From: a bacterium
GTDB taxonomy: Bacteria > Patescibacteriota > Minisyncoccia > Phycocordibacterales > UBA6899
Reading direction: 5' to 3'
Assembly (NCBI GenBank): GCA_043756865.1
Contig: JAYUQG010000030.1
Location: 94,703 to 158,702 of the forward strand
Length of the DNA: 64,000 bases
A program made the translations under genes and the position numbers. The notes beneath the pieces are model-generated. The model was not told the origin of the DNA and did not search any database. It saw only the letters and a program-made list of their open reading frames with translations. Numbering within the stretch: position 1 is the stretch's first letter; each line of letters begins with the position of its first letter. Positions 32,764 through 43,083 of this stretch are shown in pieces.

Positions 32764-33000
32764 ATGCGGCACATTATCCTTTTGATCAACGTGTCCTGTC
32801 AGCTCTCTATCGCAGAGCGTTTCATGTGGCAGACAAGCATCGACCTCAATCTGCCCGAAGCGTCAGGAGATGAAGCGGCCGTTGACCTCGCCATACATCA
32901 AGGTTGTGAACGTGCAAAAAGAAAGATTGCCGACCGTGACTCACGTTTTTTGAGTGCTGACCTCGGTGCCACAGTGATTGGTTTCCAGATACTTCCCTGA
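32764..33000 (+). CDS. Hypothetical protein, 78 aa
   Basis: RBS CAGGAG 5 nt upstream. Upstream TTGACA (32697-32702), 16-nt spacer, TATGGT (32719-32724). Confidence 0.4.
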   Translation: MRHIILLINVSCQLSIAERFMWQTSIDLNLPEASGDEAAVDLAIHQGCERAKRKIADRDSRFLSADLGATVIGFQILP

Positions 33001-33083
33001 CACTTCCCGTGTCCCTGCGGCAACCCCCCCCCTCTGGGTTGCCGTTTAATTTTTCCCTAATTTGGCTTATAATAGGGGTACAC

Positions 33084-33335
33084 ATGACATTTCTCCTTCT
33101 GAGTAAAACGGGTATGCACTTTACACTCTCCTCTGCTTTTATCTTCGGTATCATCTTTTTCCTGTTGATTGCATGGATTATCTTCACCATTGTCGTGCGC
33201 TACCACTGGAAAAACTATAGTTCAGGGGGCGTCGAAATCCTGCGCATGAACATGATTTACCTCATCGGGTCAGCTGCGATTTTCACCTTTATGGTCGTCT
33301 CGGCGTTCCTATATTTCGCGTCATCTTCCATATGA
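33084..33335 (+). CDS. Small membrane protein, about 83 aa
   Basis: ORF-track frame 33009..33335, trimmed to the ATG at 33084 (MTFLLLSKTGMHFTLSSAFIFGIIFFLLIAWIIFTIV...). Two transmembrane helices. Confidence 0.4.
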   Translation: MTFLLLSKTGMHFTLSSAFIFGIIFFLLIAWIIFTIVVRYHWKNYSSGGVEILRMNMIYLIGSAAIFTFMVVSAFLYFASSSI

Positions 33336-33958
33336 TTGAAATTGATAAAAGCGAAAAAATAGTCCGAGTCGTCCGTAAGCACTGGTTTGTATTGGTGGCG
33401 GATATACTCATACTCATATTCTGCGTATTGATACCTATGGTACTTTTGTTTGCGCTTCGCCTCATCCCTTTCGAGCAGTACCTGACGCTCACGGGGAATA
33501 GCGTATATGCTGGTGCGTTCTTCTTCTTTGCGTGGCTCTTTATTGTCTGGATGATGGGATGGAATATGTGGACAGACTATTATCTCGATGTGCTTATCAT
33601 CACCGACCGCCGCATTTTCGATATCGAACAGAAGGGGCTGTTCAGACGCACTTCTTCGTCATTTCGTATCGATAATATTCAAAACGTAACCGTAGACCAA
33701 AAAGGAATCATCCAAACACTACTCAACTTCGGAACCATGAAGTTGGAAACTGCAGGTGAGCGTGAGGATTTCGTCGCACATTTTATCGCTGACCCATACA
33801 TCATCAAAAAGTTCGTCAACGAGATGCAGGATACTGAAGTTGAAAAATCAAAACTGGTGCATTTTGAGGACGCAATTAAAGAAGTGAAAAGAGAACTCGG
33901 CCCTCCTGCCCCTGCACACCCAGAACACTTTACTTACACTAAAAGCGACGCATCCTAA
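33332..33958 (+). CDS. Membrane protein with a bacterial PH (bPH_2/YdbT-like) domain
   Basis: 208 aa. An N-terminal transmembrane hairpin, then ITDRRIFDIEQKGLFRRTSSSFRIDNIQNVTVDQKGIIQTLLNFGTMKLETAG, which fits the bPH_2 pattern. A 4-nt overlap with the upstream gene. Confidence 0.6.
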   Translation: MIEIDKSEKIVRVVRKHWFVLVADILILIFCVLIPMVLLFALRLIPFEQYLTLTGNSVYAGAFFFFAWLFIVWMMGWNMWTDYYLDVLIITDRRIFDIEQKGLFRRTSSSFRIDNIQNVTVDQKGIIQTLLNFGTMKLETAGEREDFVAHFIADPYIIKKFVNEMQDTEVEKSKLVHFEDAIKEVKRELGPPAPAHPEHFTYTKSDAS

Positions 33959-36037
33959 GTGCGTCGTCCACACATGAAATTCATAAAAAAGAAACACCTC
34001 CCAAAAGCAGAAGTACAAAAAGAAAAGACAATTCGTCGCACCAAAATAGCCGCAAAAGCACATGTGCGCGAGCACCACGAAGACCACACGAGCAAGAGCC
34101 CGCGCTTCCCCTCTACACATGACGTCGAGGGCACGATTCGTATTACCGCAAAGGCAGTCGGGTATGTCGAAGTTGAAGGAATGAAAGAAGACATCGAGAT
34201 TGCCCCCGGAAACCTCAATACCGCACTCGACAAAGACCGTGTGAAAATTATTCTTCACGGCAAGCGTGTCGGCAATCGACAGTCAGGAGAAGTGACGGAC
34301 ATCCTCTATCGTAATAAAACAAAGTTTGTAGGAGTACTTGAGCGCGAGGCAGGAAGCTTCTTTCTTCAACCTGATGACCCTCGCATGTATCGCACCATAC
34401 TGATACCCAAACAACATCTGCATACAGCAAAGCAGGGTGACAAAGTTTATGTCGCAATGACCAAGTGGGATGACGTACGCAAAGAACCTATTGGTGAAGT
34501 GCTCAAAGTACTCGGGATACCCGACACACACAATGTGGAAATGGAAGCTATTGTGCTGGAGCGTGGGTTCGATACTACCTTTGACGCTGACGTGACGAAA
34601 GCGGCAGAAGAAATCCCCTTGCTCATTCCTGAGAGTGAAATTGCGCATCGCATACAATCCCCCATCGGGAGAGACATGCGCAAGGTGCTCACCTTTACCA
34701 TCGACCCGAAAGACGCAAAGGACTTCGATGATGCACTCTCGTGGAAAGTACTCCCCAACGGCAATATCGAAGTGGGTGTGCACATCGCTGACGTGTCGCA
34801 CTATCTCACGCCTGGGTCACGCATCGACAAGGAGGCTGTAGAGCGTGCAACATCGATTTATCTCGTAGACCGCACGATTCCCATGCTCCCCGAGCGCCTA
34901 TCTAATGGCATCTGTTCGCTTGTCGAAGGGGAAGACCGACTCACCTTTTCAGCCATATTCACCATGAATGCTGCGGGGGGTGTTGAGCAAGAGTGGTTTG
35001 GAAAGACGATTATTCACTCTGCAAAACGTTTTACCTACGAGGAGGCACAAAAAGTACTCGATGATAATAAGGGTCCGCACATCGAAGCTCTCCGTTCGCT
35101 CAATGACTTGGCAAAGAAACTCCGGATTAAACGCATCGCAAATGGAGCCATCGCCTTTGAGGCAGAAGAGGTGCGATTCGAGCTGGATGAAAATGGCAAA
35201 CCACTGCGTGTCTACAAGAAAACAATCGGAGACACCAACAAGCTGATAGAGGAGTTCATGCTTCTTGCAAACAAGCATGTCGCACAACTGATTGCACTCA
35301 AGGATACGCGCGCGGAAAGCACGTTCGTCTATCGTGTGCATGACGCACCCCACGAAGAGCGCATACAGGACCTACGTGATTTTCTCCACGGAGTTGGCTT
35401 CGAACTCAAGCTCGACAAGTTTGGACAAGTGACCTCACAAAATATCAACAGCATGCTCGAAAGTGTACGCGGACGCGCAGAGGAGGCGATGATTCAAATC
35501 GCAACGGTGCGCGCAATGGCGAAGGCCGTGTACACCACGAAAAATATCGGGCATTTCGGACTCGGATTCGAGCACTACACGCACTTCACCTCCCCTATTC
35601 GTCGTTACCCCGATCTGATGGTGCATCGACTTCTCGAAAGCTATCTGCTGGGTAAGCCAATTCCAAAGAAAAAACTTGAAGAGCAAGAGCGACTCGCCCG
35701 TTATTGTTCACAAATGGAAGTACAGGCGGCGGAGGCGGAGCGTGCGTCTATCAAATACAAACAATGCGAATATTTCGCCGAGCGTATCGGAGCAGAAATC
35801 AACGGCTCCATTTCTGGTGTCACCGAATGGGGCATCTATGTGGAAGACCCTGAAACAAAGGCAGAGGGCATGGTGCATGTAAAAGACATTCCCAACGACT
35901 ACTATTTCTTCGAAGAAAAAAATTATCGTCTCGTTGGTAGGGAAAAAGGTAAATCCTATCGCCTCGGCGACAAAGTGCGCGTCAGCATCGCCACGGTCGA
36001 CCTGAAGCGCAAGCTCATTGGGATGAAACTCCTGTAG
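33959..36037 (+). CDS. rnr: Ribonuclease R (RNB exoribonuclease with a C-terminal S1 domain)
   Basis: 692 aa. RNB catalytic region (DPKDAKDFDDALS, IADVSHY, RFTSPIRRYPDLMVHR) and an S1 domain (GSISGVTEWGIYVE). A GTG at 33959 overlaps the upstream stop; the ATG at 33974 is an alternative start. Confidence 0.9.
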   Translation: MRRPHMKFIKKKHLPKAEVQKEKTIRRTKIAAKAHVREHHEDHTSKSPRFPSTHDVEGTIRITAKAVGYVEVEGMKEDIEIAPGNLNTALDKDRVKIILHGKRVGNRQSGEVTDILYRNKTKFVGVLEREAGSFFLQPDDPRMYRTILIPKQHLHTAKQGDKVYVAMTKWDDVRKEPIGEVLKVLGIPDTHNVEMEAIVLERGFDTTFDADVTKAAEEIPLLIPESEIAHRIQSPIGRDMRKVLTFTIDPKDAKDFDDALSWKVLPNGNIEVGVHIADVSHYLTPGSRIDKEAVERATSIYLVDRTIPMLPERLSNGICSLVEGEDRLTFSAIFTMNAAGGVEQEWFGKTIIHSAKRFTYEEAQKVLDDNKGPHIEALRSLNDLAKKLRIKRIANGAIAFEAEEVRFELDENGKPLRVYKKTIGDTNKLIEEFMLLANKHVAQLIALKDTRAESTFVYRVHDAPHEERIQDLRDFLHGVGFELKLDKFGQVTSQNINSMLESVRGRAEEAMIQIATVRAMAKAVYTTKNIGHFGLGFEHYTHFTSPIRRYPDLMVHRLLESYLLGKPIPKKKLEEQERLARYCSQMEVQAAEAERASIKYKQCEYFAERIGAEINGSISGVTEWGIYVEDPETKAEGMVHVKDIPNDYYFFEEKNYRLVGREKGKSYRLGDKVRVSIATVDLKRKLIGMKLL

Positions 36038-36047
36038 TGAAAAAATG

Positions 36048-36320
36048 CTATTTCCGCATTATTCTTACTGCGACCCTGAAACCAGCGTAAACAGCAAGAA
36101 GAGTGAAAATAAGTCGCAGAAAATCAGACGACACGCTAATCCATTGTGGTATTTCATTGTTGGCGAAAGCAGCAAGAAAAATAAAGGTGACCTCCACCAC
36201 AGAGATAATCACATAGAAAACGCCTACCCATACCGCTGCACCCATAAGTTTTCGTTTCCAAGATATTGGCCTGTCTGGTCTTATTGTAACCATCTGTTCA
36301 TTTTGCATGGATGAAATCAT
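36048..36320 (-). CDS. Small membrane protein, 90 aa
   Basis: Hydrophobic helices. A 4-nt overlap with the upstream gene 36317..36952. Lies in an AT-rich block. Confidence 0.4.
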   Translation of the reverse strand: MISSMQNEQMVTIRPDRPISWKRKLMGAAVWVGVFYVIISVVEVTFIFLAAFANNEIPQWISVSSDFLRLIFTLLAVYAGFRVAVRIMRK

Positions 36321-36952
36321 GACTTAGCGCACATCACGCTGCTACTTTTAATAACCCCCGCATTGCATTTCATTTCAATCCTACTTCTCAAAAACTCACC
36401 ATAATCGATGTTGGCGCTAAGATCATAACCCTCTATTAACTTTAATGCTTCAGCATCTGGCCCATCTTCCTTTACGGAATCCCAATACTGATTGGCGTAT
36501 TCAACCCCAGAAGCATTCACAAGTGCCCCAACATCATACCCTATGAGTTGGTAGAGATGTTCGATTTCAAAACTTGAAACGTAATTATCAGACTCAGGAG
36601 AAGCTACATGCTTTTTGCACTGTTCCTGGTTGATATTTGAGTTAAATAAGGGTGATTTCACCTTGTCACAGAGTTGAATATTTTTCGTCGCAATCGCAAG
36701 GTTCTGAATACACTCAGAACGCAAAAATGTTTTTGAAAATAAGGCAGGTGAATGTACAAAAATTGCATTTTGGGAAATATGCTCGCATGCAATTAAGGAT
36801 TCGTGAAAGGCGGCTGTATCTCGAACATAATATTCAGGCCGTGTTCCCTCTCGTTCTTGTCCGATCCGATATGATCCTATGTACATGACAATCCCAGCGC
36901 ATGTCACGACGAATATTAGAAGACTAGTAGTAACAAGGATTTTTTTCTTCAT
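36317..36952 (-). CDS. Membrane-anchored hypothetical protein, 211 aa
   Basis: N-terminal anchor MKKKILVTTSLLIFVVTCAGIVMYIG. No recognisable family. Lies in an AT-rich block. Confidence 0.5.
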   Translation of the reverse strand: MKKKILVTTSLLIFVVTCAGIVMYIGSYRIGQEREGTRPEYYVRDTAAFHESLIACEHISQNAIFVHSPALFSKTFLRSECIQNLAIATKNIQLCDKVKSPLFNSNINQEQCKKHVASPESDNYVSSFEIEHLYQLIGYDVGALVNASGVEYANQYWDSVKEDGPDAEALKLIEGYDLSANIDYGEFLRSRIEMKCNAGVIKSSSVMCAKS

Positions 36953-37258
36953 TCGGTAATTGTATCAAAGCACACGCTACCATCAAAAGATTCTCTAACG
37001 AATTACTATCTTCTGTGAACTTTAATCAGGGCTGCCTAATTACCCATGCTACTAGTAGCGTAGGTAATTCATTTATTTGAAAAATATCTCAAAAGATTAA
37101 GTGATTCTACCGAGGACTGCCCTTGGTAAGAATGAAAAAACTGCCTGTCTCCCCTTTTGGTCAGAGGGCTAGGGCGGTTGTGGTGATGTCAGTTAATACC
37201 GATTGATCCGTATGTAACCGATGATGGCGTGCCGCTCACTCCTGTGGCGTAGCCACAC

Positions 37259-38011
37259 TTAGCCGATTGTTATCATACGCAGAGCGTGCTGCTTCGTGGC
37301 TATCACGAGAGAATTGTTTGCGGAGTCACTCGTATCATAAAAATACGCTGCGTCGTCATGGGTACGCCCACCGCGGATATGGCGACCAATTGTACGTTCA
37401 CGTAGCACTTCCGCATCGGCTTCAAGAAAAAGTTTTTGACCTAAAAATGGCGCAATGGATTCCCAGCCGTATTCGGGATACAAGAGCCACAAACCTTCGA
37501 CTATGAGAAGTGCGGGAGTATCTACCGTGATGTGCGGCCCGTTACTTGTGGGTTCATGGAGAGTGCGAGAATAGTTAGGAAACGAGACTGATGCTCCTTC
37601 CCGAAAAGCGCTCAGGTCGTGTGCGAGTGCACCAACATCATAGGTATCGAAACGACCCTTATGCGTGCTTATTCCCTTTTCGCGCAATATTTCGTTTCGG
37701 AAATGATATGCATCAATCGTGAGTGGAACTACGCTTAGCTCTGGATCTATTTGTGAAAGTAAATTTTTCATCACCGCGACAAACACCGACTTCCCTGCGC
37801 CCGAGGGGCCTGCAATGCCCACCACGCGACGCAGTGTGTCACTTTTTTTCCAGTCTTCGTGTACTGCGCGTGCCTCAGCGATATACTGCGCGCGTACATA
37901 CTCCTCCACGTGACTGAGGTCTATTTCTTGGTCAGTGACGGTAACTTTTTCGGGAAATAACATATTACGTGCTTTGGTATGAAGTACGAACGCACTCGAA
38001 GAGTGAGACAT
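37259..38011 (-). CDS. P-loop kinase of the uridine kinase / phosphoribulokinase family
   Basis: 250 aa. Walker A motif GIAGPSGAGKS is followed by DAYH and LIVEG, arranged as in the PRK/Udk family. Confidence 0.55.
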   Translation of the reverse strand: MSHSSSAFVLHTKARNMLFPEKVTVTDQEIDLSHVEEYVRAQYIAEARAVHEDWKKSDTLRRVVGIAGPSGAGKSVFVAVMKNLLSQIDPELSVVPLTIDAYHFRNEILREKGISTHKGRFDTYDVGALAHDLSAFREGASVSFPNYSRTLHEPTSNGPHITVDTPALLIVEGLWLLYPEYGWESIAPFLGQKLFLEADAEVLRERTIGRHIRGGRTHDDAAYFYDTSDSANNSLVIATKQHALRMITIG

Positions 38012-38502
38012 TATTGTAATTGTTCAACGATGCCGTTGTGTCGTACCAACATGACTGCTTTCGTTTGCTGTGGGACGCAATTATTTTCTTCCCAATCGAT
38101 TCCACAACTTTGATAATTAAATTCAAGTGAAACTTTCCATCCCTCATCAATACGAATGATATCTTTCTTTCGTTCTGACCAGCCTTTGAATTGAACATCT
38201 TCGACTGTAAATACTTTAGTACGCAGAAAATGTTCCGCTACCGTGTATGCTTCGACTTCATTCTTGATCTCATTTATTACCGTAAGTTTAAAGTTTTTAT
38301 TCTCAGGCCTTTTTCCGTCTTTATCATTTGTCCGAGTGACGATAACACCATTATACACCCCAGGAATTAATGGGGCCTTGAAGGTATGTCCGTAGTCCCC
38401 ATAGTTCCCATACAGCATGGTATTTTTTGGATCTTTTGGCAAAGTTTGTGCCTCATAGTGAAGAGTTCCTGGGAGAATAACGATGGTAACCTCTGAATTC
38501 AT
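38011..38502 (-). CDS. Hypothetical protein, 163 aa
   Basis: Its stop overlaps the start of the upstream gene by 1 nt. No recognisable family. Confidence 0.45.
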   Translation of the reverse strand: MNSEVTIVILPGTLHYEAQTLPKDPKNTMLYGNYGDYGHTFKAPLIPGVYNGVIVTRTNDKDGKRPENKNFKLTVINEIKNEVEAYTVAEHFLRTKVFTVEDVQFKGWSERKKDIIRIDEGWKVSLEFNYQSCGIDWEENNCVPQQTKAVMLVRHNGIVEQLQ

Positions 38503-38765
38503 GTCTGAAAGAAAAGTAATCCCCCCCCAGCCTTTACATAATATTCAAAACGCGAATCCAATGTTAATTCTTGAAAATCATCAGCATTAAGGCTTTCCGT
38601 TCCGTGCACATTAACTTGAGCCACTGAGGGATTTTCAAGCTTCTGCGTGTTGTTTTTCAACCCCACATCCGTTTTTTCAAAAGACACCCAGATTAGGCCC
38701 ATAATTATTATTAAAATGGTCACTACAATTATTATTCCACGATTCGATTTTTTTATTTCCAACAT
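38499..38765 (-). CDS. Small membrane-anchored protein, 88 aa, containing a G8 homopolymer
   Basis: N-terminal transmembrane helix IIIVVTILIIIMGLIWV. A C8 run on the plus strand at 38521-38528 encodes the GGG near the C-terminus. Confidence 0.4.
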   Translation of the reverse strand: MLEIKKSNRGIIIVVTILIIIMGLIWVSFEKTDVGLKNNTQKLENPSVAQVNVHGTESLNADDFQELTLDSRFEYYVKAGGGLLFFQT

Positions 38766-38792
38766 GCACTGAAATGATAAAAAATAATTACA

Positions 38793-41063
38793 CTATTTTG
38801 CGACGGCTTCGGCTTCTTCAAAGGAAATGCTGAGTACCTTTGAAACCGCATCATTCCCCATCGTAATTCCATAAAGCACTCCTGCACGGGACATAGTCTC
38901 ACGATTGTGTGTGATGACCATCAGCTGCGAGAGCTTTGCAAGATTCTCTATCATATCGCCATATTTGCGGCTGTTCGCTTCATCGAGCGCTGCGTCTGTT
39001 TCGTCCAAGACCATGAACGGTGGAGGGTTCACTTGTGAAATGGCAAAGAGGAGTGCAATGGATGTGAGGGCACGTTCGCCACCCGAGAGCATCTGGAGGC
39101 CTTTAATCTTCTTATGTGGAAGCGAGACGGCAATGTCGATGCCTTCTTCGTCATTTTCGTCTTCCTCATCGGGCACTGCGTCTCCTGGAACATCGGAAAG
39201 GTCGAGGTCGGTATCACGCTTCTTGCGCTTCTCTATCTTTACTATAAAGAGCTCCGCAATGCCGCCTCCAAACATGAGCTTAAAGAAGTCGCTGAATTGC
39301 TTGTTGATTTTTTTGACGCCTTCTTTGAACTCGGTGTCGAGTTTCTCATTCAGTTCCGAAATAAGCTGATAGAGGGACTGTTGGGTGGCAACCAAGTCAG
39401 TAATTTCTTTTTCGAGATATGCGTCGCGCTCTATAGTTTCGGTATACTCTTTCTCAGCATCTTCGCCGCCCGCTGCGCCAATATCTTCGAGGCGAATCTT
39501 GCCTCGTTCGATTTCACGCCTCCGCGTCTCTTGGGCGTCGCGGGTTTCACCAAGGACTTCCTCAACGCTCAGCGTGACGCCGGAATAATCCAAAACGGCG
39601 CGTCCAAGTAAAACACCTGCTTCGTTGAGTTCTTCTTCGAGGCGACGTGCTTCGCGTGCGAGATTGTCTTCTTCGTTCCGCATTCTATCCAGCATGCTTT
39701 GAAGTTCGCCTCTGCGTGACATCATCTCGAATAGTGCGCGCTCCGTGTCACGTGAGCGTTCTTTCTCTTGGTCAATTTCTGATTTTACCGCCTGATACTC
39801 GCCTTCCATGCCTTTGGTCTCTTCGCTCACAGCGCGTAGTGACTCTTCCACAACTGACTTTTCTCCCTTGAGGTCATTCAGTTCTTTGTAGTCTTCGTCG
39901 GTCAAGGTCTTTTGACCCGCCTCAGCCTTGTGGTTCGCGATAAACTCTCGCACTGCACCACGCACTTTGCCAAGAATGCTTTTGACATAGTCTATGTCGG
40001 TGGAGTTCATGGCGTACTCTATCTCCTGTGCAACGCCAGATTCGAGACCTTCGACTTCGCCCAAGCGAATAGGAATATCCTCTTGGTGTGCCAATGACTC
40101 CTGCTTTTTGCGAAGCTGCTTTTCTTCGTACTCAATCATTCCCTCGATGCGGCCTGCGGAGCGCGAAAGTTCATCATAGCGGGCGCGGGTGGCACGCAGG
40201 CGGGACTCCACGTCCAGCAGTCGGTGACTCTTTTCATCCCCTGCGTTCTCCTTTGCGAGCTCACCACGCGCGTGTTCAATCTTCAAATTTAAATCTGCAA
40301 GTTCACCAACGGGAACATGCTTTCTGCCTGCAATATCACTACTTTTATGCTCAACATAAATCTCTTCGCGCTTCAGGTATTCGCGGTACAGTCCGATTAA
40401 ACTCTCGCGGAGTTCTTTGCCCTCGTTTATTTTTTCCACCTGCTTCTTCAAGAAACGTAGATGGGGGGCAATCTCGCGGCGGAGTGCCTCGGCTTCTTTC
40501 ATGTTCTCTTCGGTCTTCTGCAGGCGGCGTTCGCTCTCGGCGCGCTTGTATTGGTAAATCTTGAGACCGAGCGCGTCTTCAAGCATTTCACGACGTTCTT
40601 TGGGGTTGGCATTCAATATACGGTCGGCCTCTCCCTGTGAAATCATGTGGTGTCCTGATGCGCCGATGTGTACGGCAGCCAACAGCTCAAACACGTCTTT
40701 CAGGCGTACCTGTGAGCCATTTATAAAGTATTGGTTTGTGCCGTCGCGATACACTTCGCGCGAAACACTCACTTCGTCGAAGTCGAGCGGAAATTCGCGC
40801 TTTGAATTATCGAACACAATAGTAACGTTAGCGCGATTCGCGCGAGAGGTAGACTGCGAGCCGTTGAAGATAAGATCTTCGCCGCGTTTTCCGCGCATAG
40901 ACTTCATGGACTGCTCCCCTAGCACAAAGCGAATAGCTTCTGCGACATTAGATTTACCCGAGCCGTTTGGTCCAACGACCGAGGTAATCTGCGAGGTGAA
41001 TTCCAACACTGCCTTTTTGCCAAAGGACTTAAAGCCAAATACCTCCAAACGTTTTAGGCGCAT
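38793..41063 (-). CDS. smc: SMC-family chromosome-partition ATPase (short, 756 aa)
   Basis: N-terminal Walker A FKSFGKKAVLEFTSQITSVVGPNGSGKSNVAEAI, a long coiled-coil, and a C-terminal signature and Walker B (LSGGERALTSIALLFAIS...FMVLDETDAALDEAN). Confidence 0.75.
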   Translation of the reverse strand: MRLKRLEVFGFKSFGKKAVLEFTSQITSVVGPNGSGKSNVAEAIRFVLGEQSMKSMRGKRGEDLIFNGSQSTSRANRANVTIVFDNSKREFPLDFDEVSVSREVYRDGTNQYFINGSQVRLKDVFELLAAVHIGASGHHMISQGEADRILNANPKERREMLEDALGLKIYQYKRAESERRLQKTEENMKEAEALRREIAPHLRFLKKQVEKINEGKELRESLIGLYREYLKREEIYVEHKSSDIAGRKHVPVGELADLNLKIEHARGELAKENAGDEKSHRLLDVESRLRATRARYDELSRSAGRIEGMIEYEEKQLRKKQESLAHQEDIPIRLGEVEGLESGVAQEIEYAMNSTDIDYVKSILGKVRGAVREFIANHKAEAGQKTLTDEDYKELNDLKGEKSVVEESLRAVSEETKGMEGEYQAVKSEIDQEKERSRDTERALFEMMSRRGELQSMLDRMRNEEDNLAREARRLEEELNEAGVLLGRAVLDYSGVTLSVEEVLGETRDAQETRRREIERGKIRLEDIGAAGGEDAEKEYTETIERDAYLEKEITDLVATQQSLYQLISELNEKLDTEFKEGVKKINKQFSDFFKLMFGGGIAELFIVKIEKRKKRDTDLDLSDVPGDAVPDEEDENDEEGIDIAVSLPHKKIKGLQMLSGGERALTSIALLFAISQVNPPPFMVLDETDAALDEANSRKYGDMIENLAKLSQLMVITHNRETMSRAGVLYGITMGNDAVSKVLSISFEEAEAVAK

Positions 41064-41109
41064 GATGTGGATATTTTAGCATAAAACAGAGCAAATTTTG
41101 CATTTCTGG

Positions 41110-41138
41110 GGAAAAGAAAACCCCGCACTTTGGCGGGG
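41110..41138 (-). terminator. Rho-independent terminator (minus strand)
   Basis: Plus-strand sequence GAAAAGAAAA-CCCCGC-actttg-GCGGGG. On the minus strand this reads as a stem followed by TTTTCTTTTC. Confidence 0.7.
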
Positions 41139-41156
41139 CTCTGGTGTCCCTTTGGA

Positions 41157-42050
41157 CTATTCTCCCTCGAACATGCGCTCGGGGGACATCTTGGAGCGGC
41201 ACACTGCGGCCGCAGTATTGCACACGTTGGTAAAAATGTCATCCCAGATATCGCCACTTGAACGTCCTGCTGCGGATGTGTCGTTTTGTCCGAAAAACGA
41301 GATGTTGCGACCGAATGCGGCGGCGGCGTTTTCCACTTTGATTTTGCCGTTTGCGTCGGTTACGGTCGCAGGTACGCTGCCACTCGGAGAAAGCTGGCTC
41401 AGGATGTCCACAAAGTGAATGCGTTTGCCGTGGATACAGGCAGCAGAAACATCATGTTTGAGTGCCTGCTCCCTGCCGCCGGTGGCGATGAGGATGTCGA
41501 GACTGACGATGAACATGTCTGCGTATTCGTCTTGCGTTGCAGCAACGTAAACAGGCTTTTCGTCGTCGGAAACATAGAACATGAAGCGCGGGCACGAGAA
41601 CCCGAGTGAAACTTCGTTGCGCTCATGCATGACCGCCAGAATGGCGCGGTCAACACCCATGTTCGATGCGCCGTTGGTGACCACGAGGTGAGCGCCTGGG
41701 AACTTCGACTTCAAATGCTTGAGCGTGCGTCGCAAGAGTGCCGCACACGCTTCTTCGTATGCGCCATCCTTGATGCCATAACGCAGGAGTTGTTCTGTGC
41801 CGATAGACGAGTAACCGTTCATCGAGATGATGCACGAATCCGGATGCGACAAATAGTCGGCCTTTGCCCGATGATATTCATCGGGAAGGTAGATTTTCTT
41901 TTTCGCGAAACGCTTCTGGTAGATACGATCCGCAAGCGGTTCATGGGGATTCAGGCATGTGACGCCAGTTTCCTGAAGTAAGTATTCCGCGTTCCTGCGC
42001 TCGACAACTACAACAGCACCGTCGCGGTAGATTTTTCCTTCATTGTCCAT
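41157..42050 (-). CDS. Hypothetical protein, 297 aa, possibly a Rossmann-like nucleotide-binding fold
   Basis: LVVTNGASNMGVDRAILAV and ILIATGG motifs. No confident family assignment. Confidence 0.45.
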   Translation of the reverse strand: MDNEGKIYRDGAVVVVERRNAEYLLQETGVTCLNPHEPLADRIYQKRFAKKKIYLPDEYHRAKADYLSHPDSCIISMNGYSSIGTEQLLRYGIKDGAYEEACAALLRRTLKHLKSKFPGAHLVVTNGASNMGVDRAILAVMHERNEVSLGFSCPRFMFYVSDDEKPVYVAATQDEYADMFIVSLDILIATGGREQALKHDVSAACIHGKRIHFVDILSQLSPSGSVPATVTDANGKIKVENAAAAFGRNISFFGQNDTSAAGRSSGDIWDDIFTNVCNTAAAVCRSKMSPERMFEGE

Positions 42051-42130
42051 ATACTTCCTTTACGTAGGAACAAAAAAATCTGCTAAAAAAACCATAGCAT
42101 GAAATTTAATAATAAGCAAGGTACTCGTCC

Positions 42131-42158
42131 GAAAAAGAAAAGACCCCGCTTGGGGTCT
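42131..42158 (-). terminator. Rho-independent terminator (minus strand)
   Basis: Plus-strand sequence GAAAAAGAAA-AGACCCC-gctt-GGGGTCT. On the minus strand this reads as a stem followed by TTTTCTTTTTC. Confidence 0.7.
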
Positions 42159-42167
42159 TAGTGATGC

Positions 42168-43037
42168 TTACGCGGTAATCATGTGCGTGTAGTAGGGCTT
42201 GCAGATGCCCTCGCCAAAACGCTCGTCGAGCACTCCGGTGATGTTGATGTCGATATTGCCGCCACGTGCGGTGAATCGCAGGTATCCACCTGCCGTTTTT
42301 TCACCGAGCGGAATCGCTTCCGAATGTTGCGGTAGAAACTTGGGACGCACCAACAAAAGTTGGATGAACTCGTGAATTGCAAAATAGGTCTGCTTGCGCT
42401 CTTCGAGTCGCATGTCCGCAAGGAGAATATGGCTCCCCTTCAGTCCGCGGCCACCGTTGATGCCCATCAGTACGTAAGGATCCTTTGGTGGTACCTTGCC
42501 GAGTTTTGTCGCCTCAAACTCTGCACACTTCAAAAGCTGGTGCAGCGCTTCAGTGGTCTCATCGGTGCGACCACTAGCACTCCGTAGTGACATGACTTGC
42601 CGCCGGAGTGGAACAAGCGTCGTGGGGAGCACAAGCAAGAGGGTGAACTCCCCCGCAATAATCGGATGCAGTGCGGGTGGGACAAAAAAGTTTTGCACCC
42701 GTTCGATGAGCGGTTTGAGTTCGCGCCGAAACGCTTCGGGTGAATACCCAGCACACTCTGCAAAACCGAGTTCGATGTACCGGGCAATTTGTTCATCCAA
42801 GCGTTTGTCGATATAGACTATCGCCTCTTTCTGGTAATGACGCTCCACGCGCAAGCGCATTTGCTCGAGCAGTTTTCCCGACCGCTTCGGGTTCTCGAGT
42901 TTGTAGCGTTCGATGGTGCGAATCGCCTCACGAACCAACATGGCCGTAATTTCGTCGAAGCCGGGTGTACCTCCCACAACGGTAAGGAGTGGGGGTGCGC
43001 CGTCGTTTCCGTCTTCTCTCATTTTTGTGTTCTCCAA
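42168..43037 (-). CDS. Hypothetical protein, 289 aa
   Basis: Long ORF with an ordinary amino-acid composition. No recognisable motif. Confidence 0.45.
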   Translation of the reverse strand: MENTKMREDGNDGAPPLLTVVGGTPGFDEITAMLVREAIRTIERYKLENPKRSGKLLEQMRLRVERHYQKEAIVYIDKRLDEQIARYIELGFAECAGYSPEAFRRELKPLIERVQNFFVPPALHPIIAGEFTLLLVLPTTLVPLRRQVMSLRSASGRTDETTEALHQLLKCAEFEATKLGKVPPKDPYVLMGINGGRGLKGSHILLADMRLEERKQTYFAIHEFIQLLLVRPKFLPQHSEAIPLGEKTAGGYLRFTARGGNIDINITGVLDERFGEGICKPYYTHMITA

Positions 43038-43083
43038 AGTGAGGATCTGTCTCAGTCGACGATACTATGCGCACCTCGGTGCG

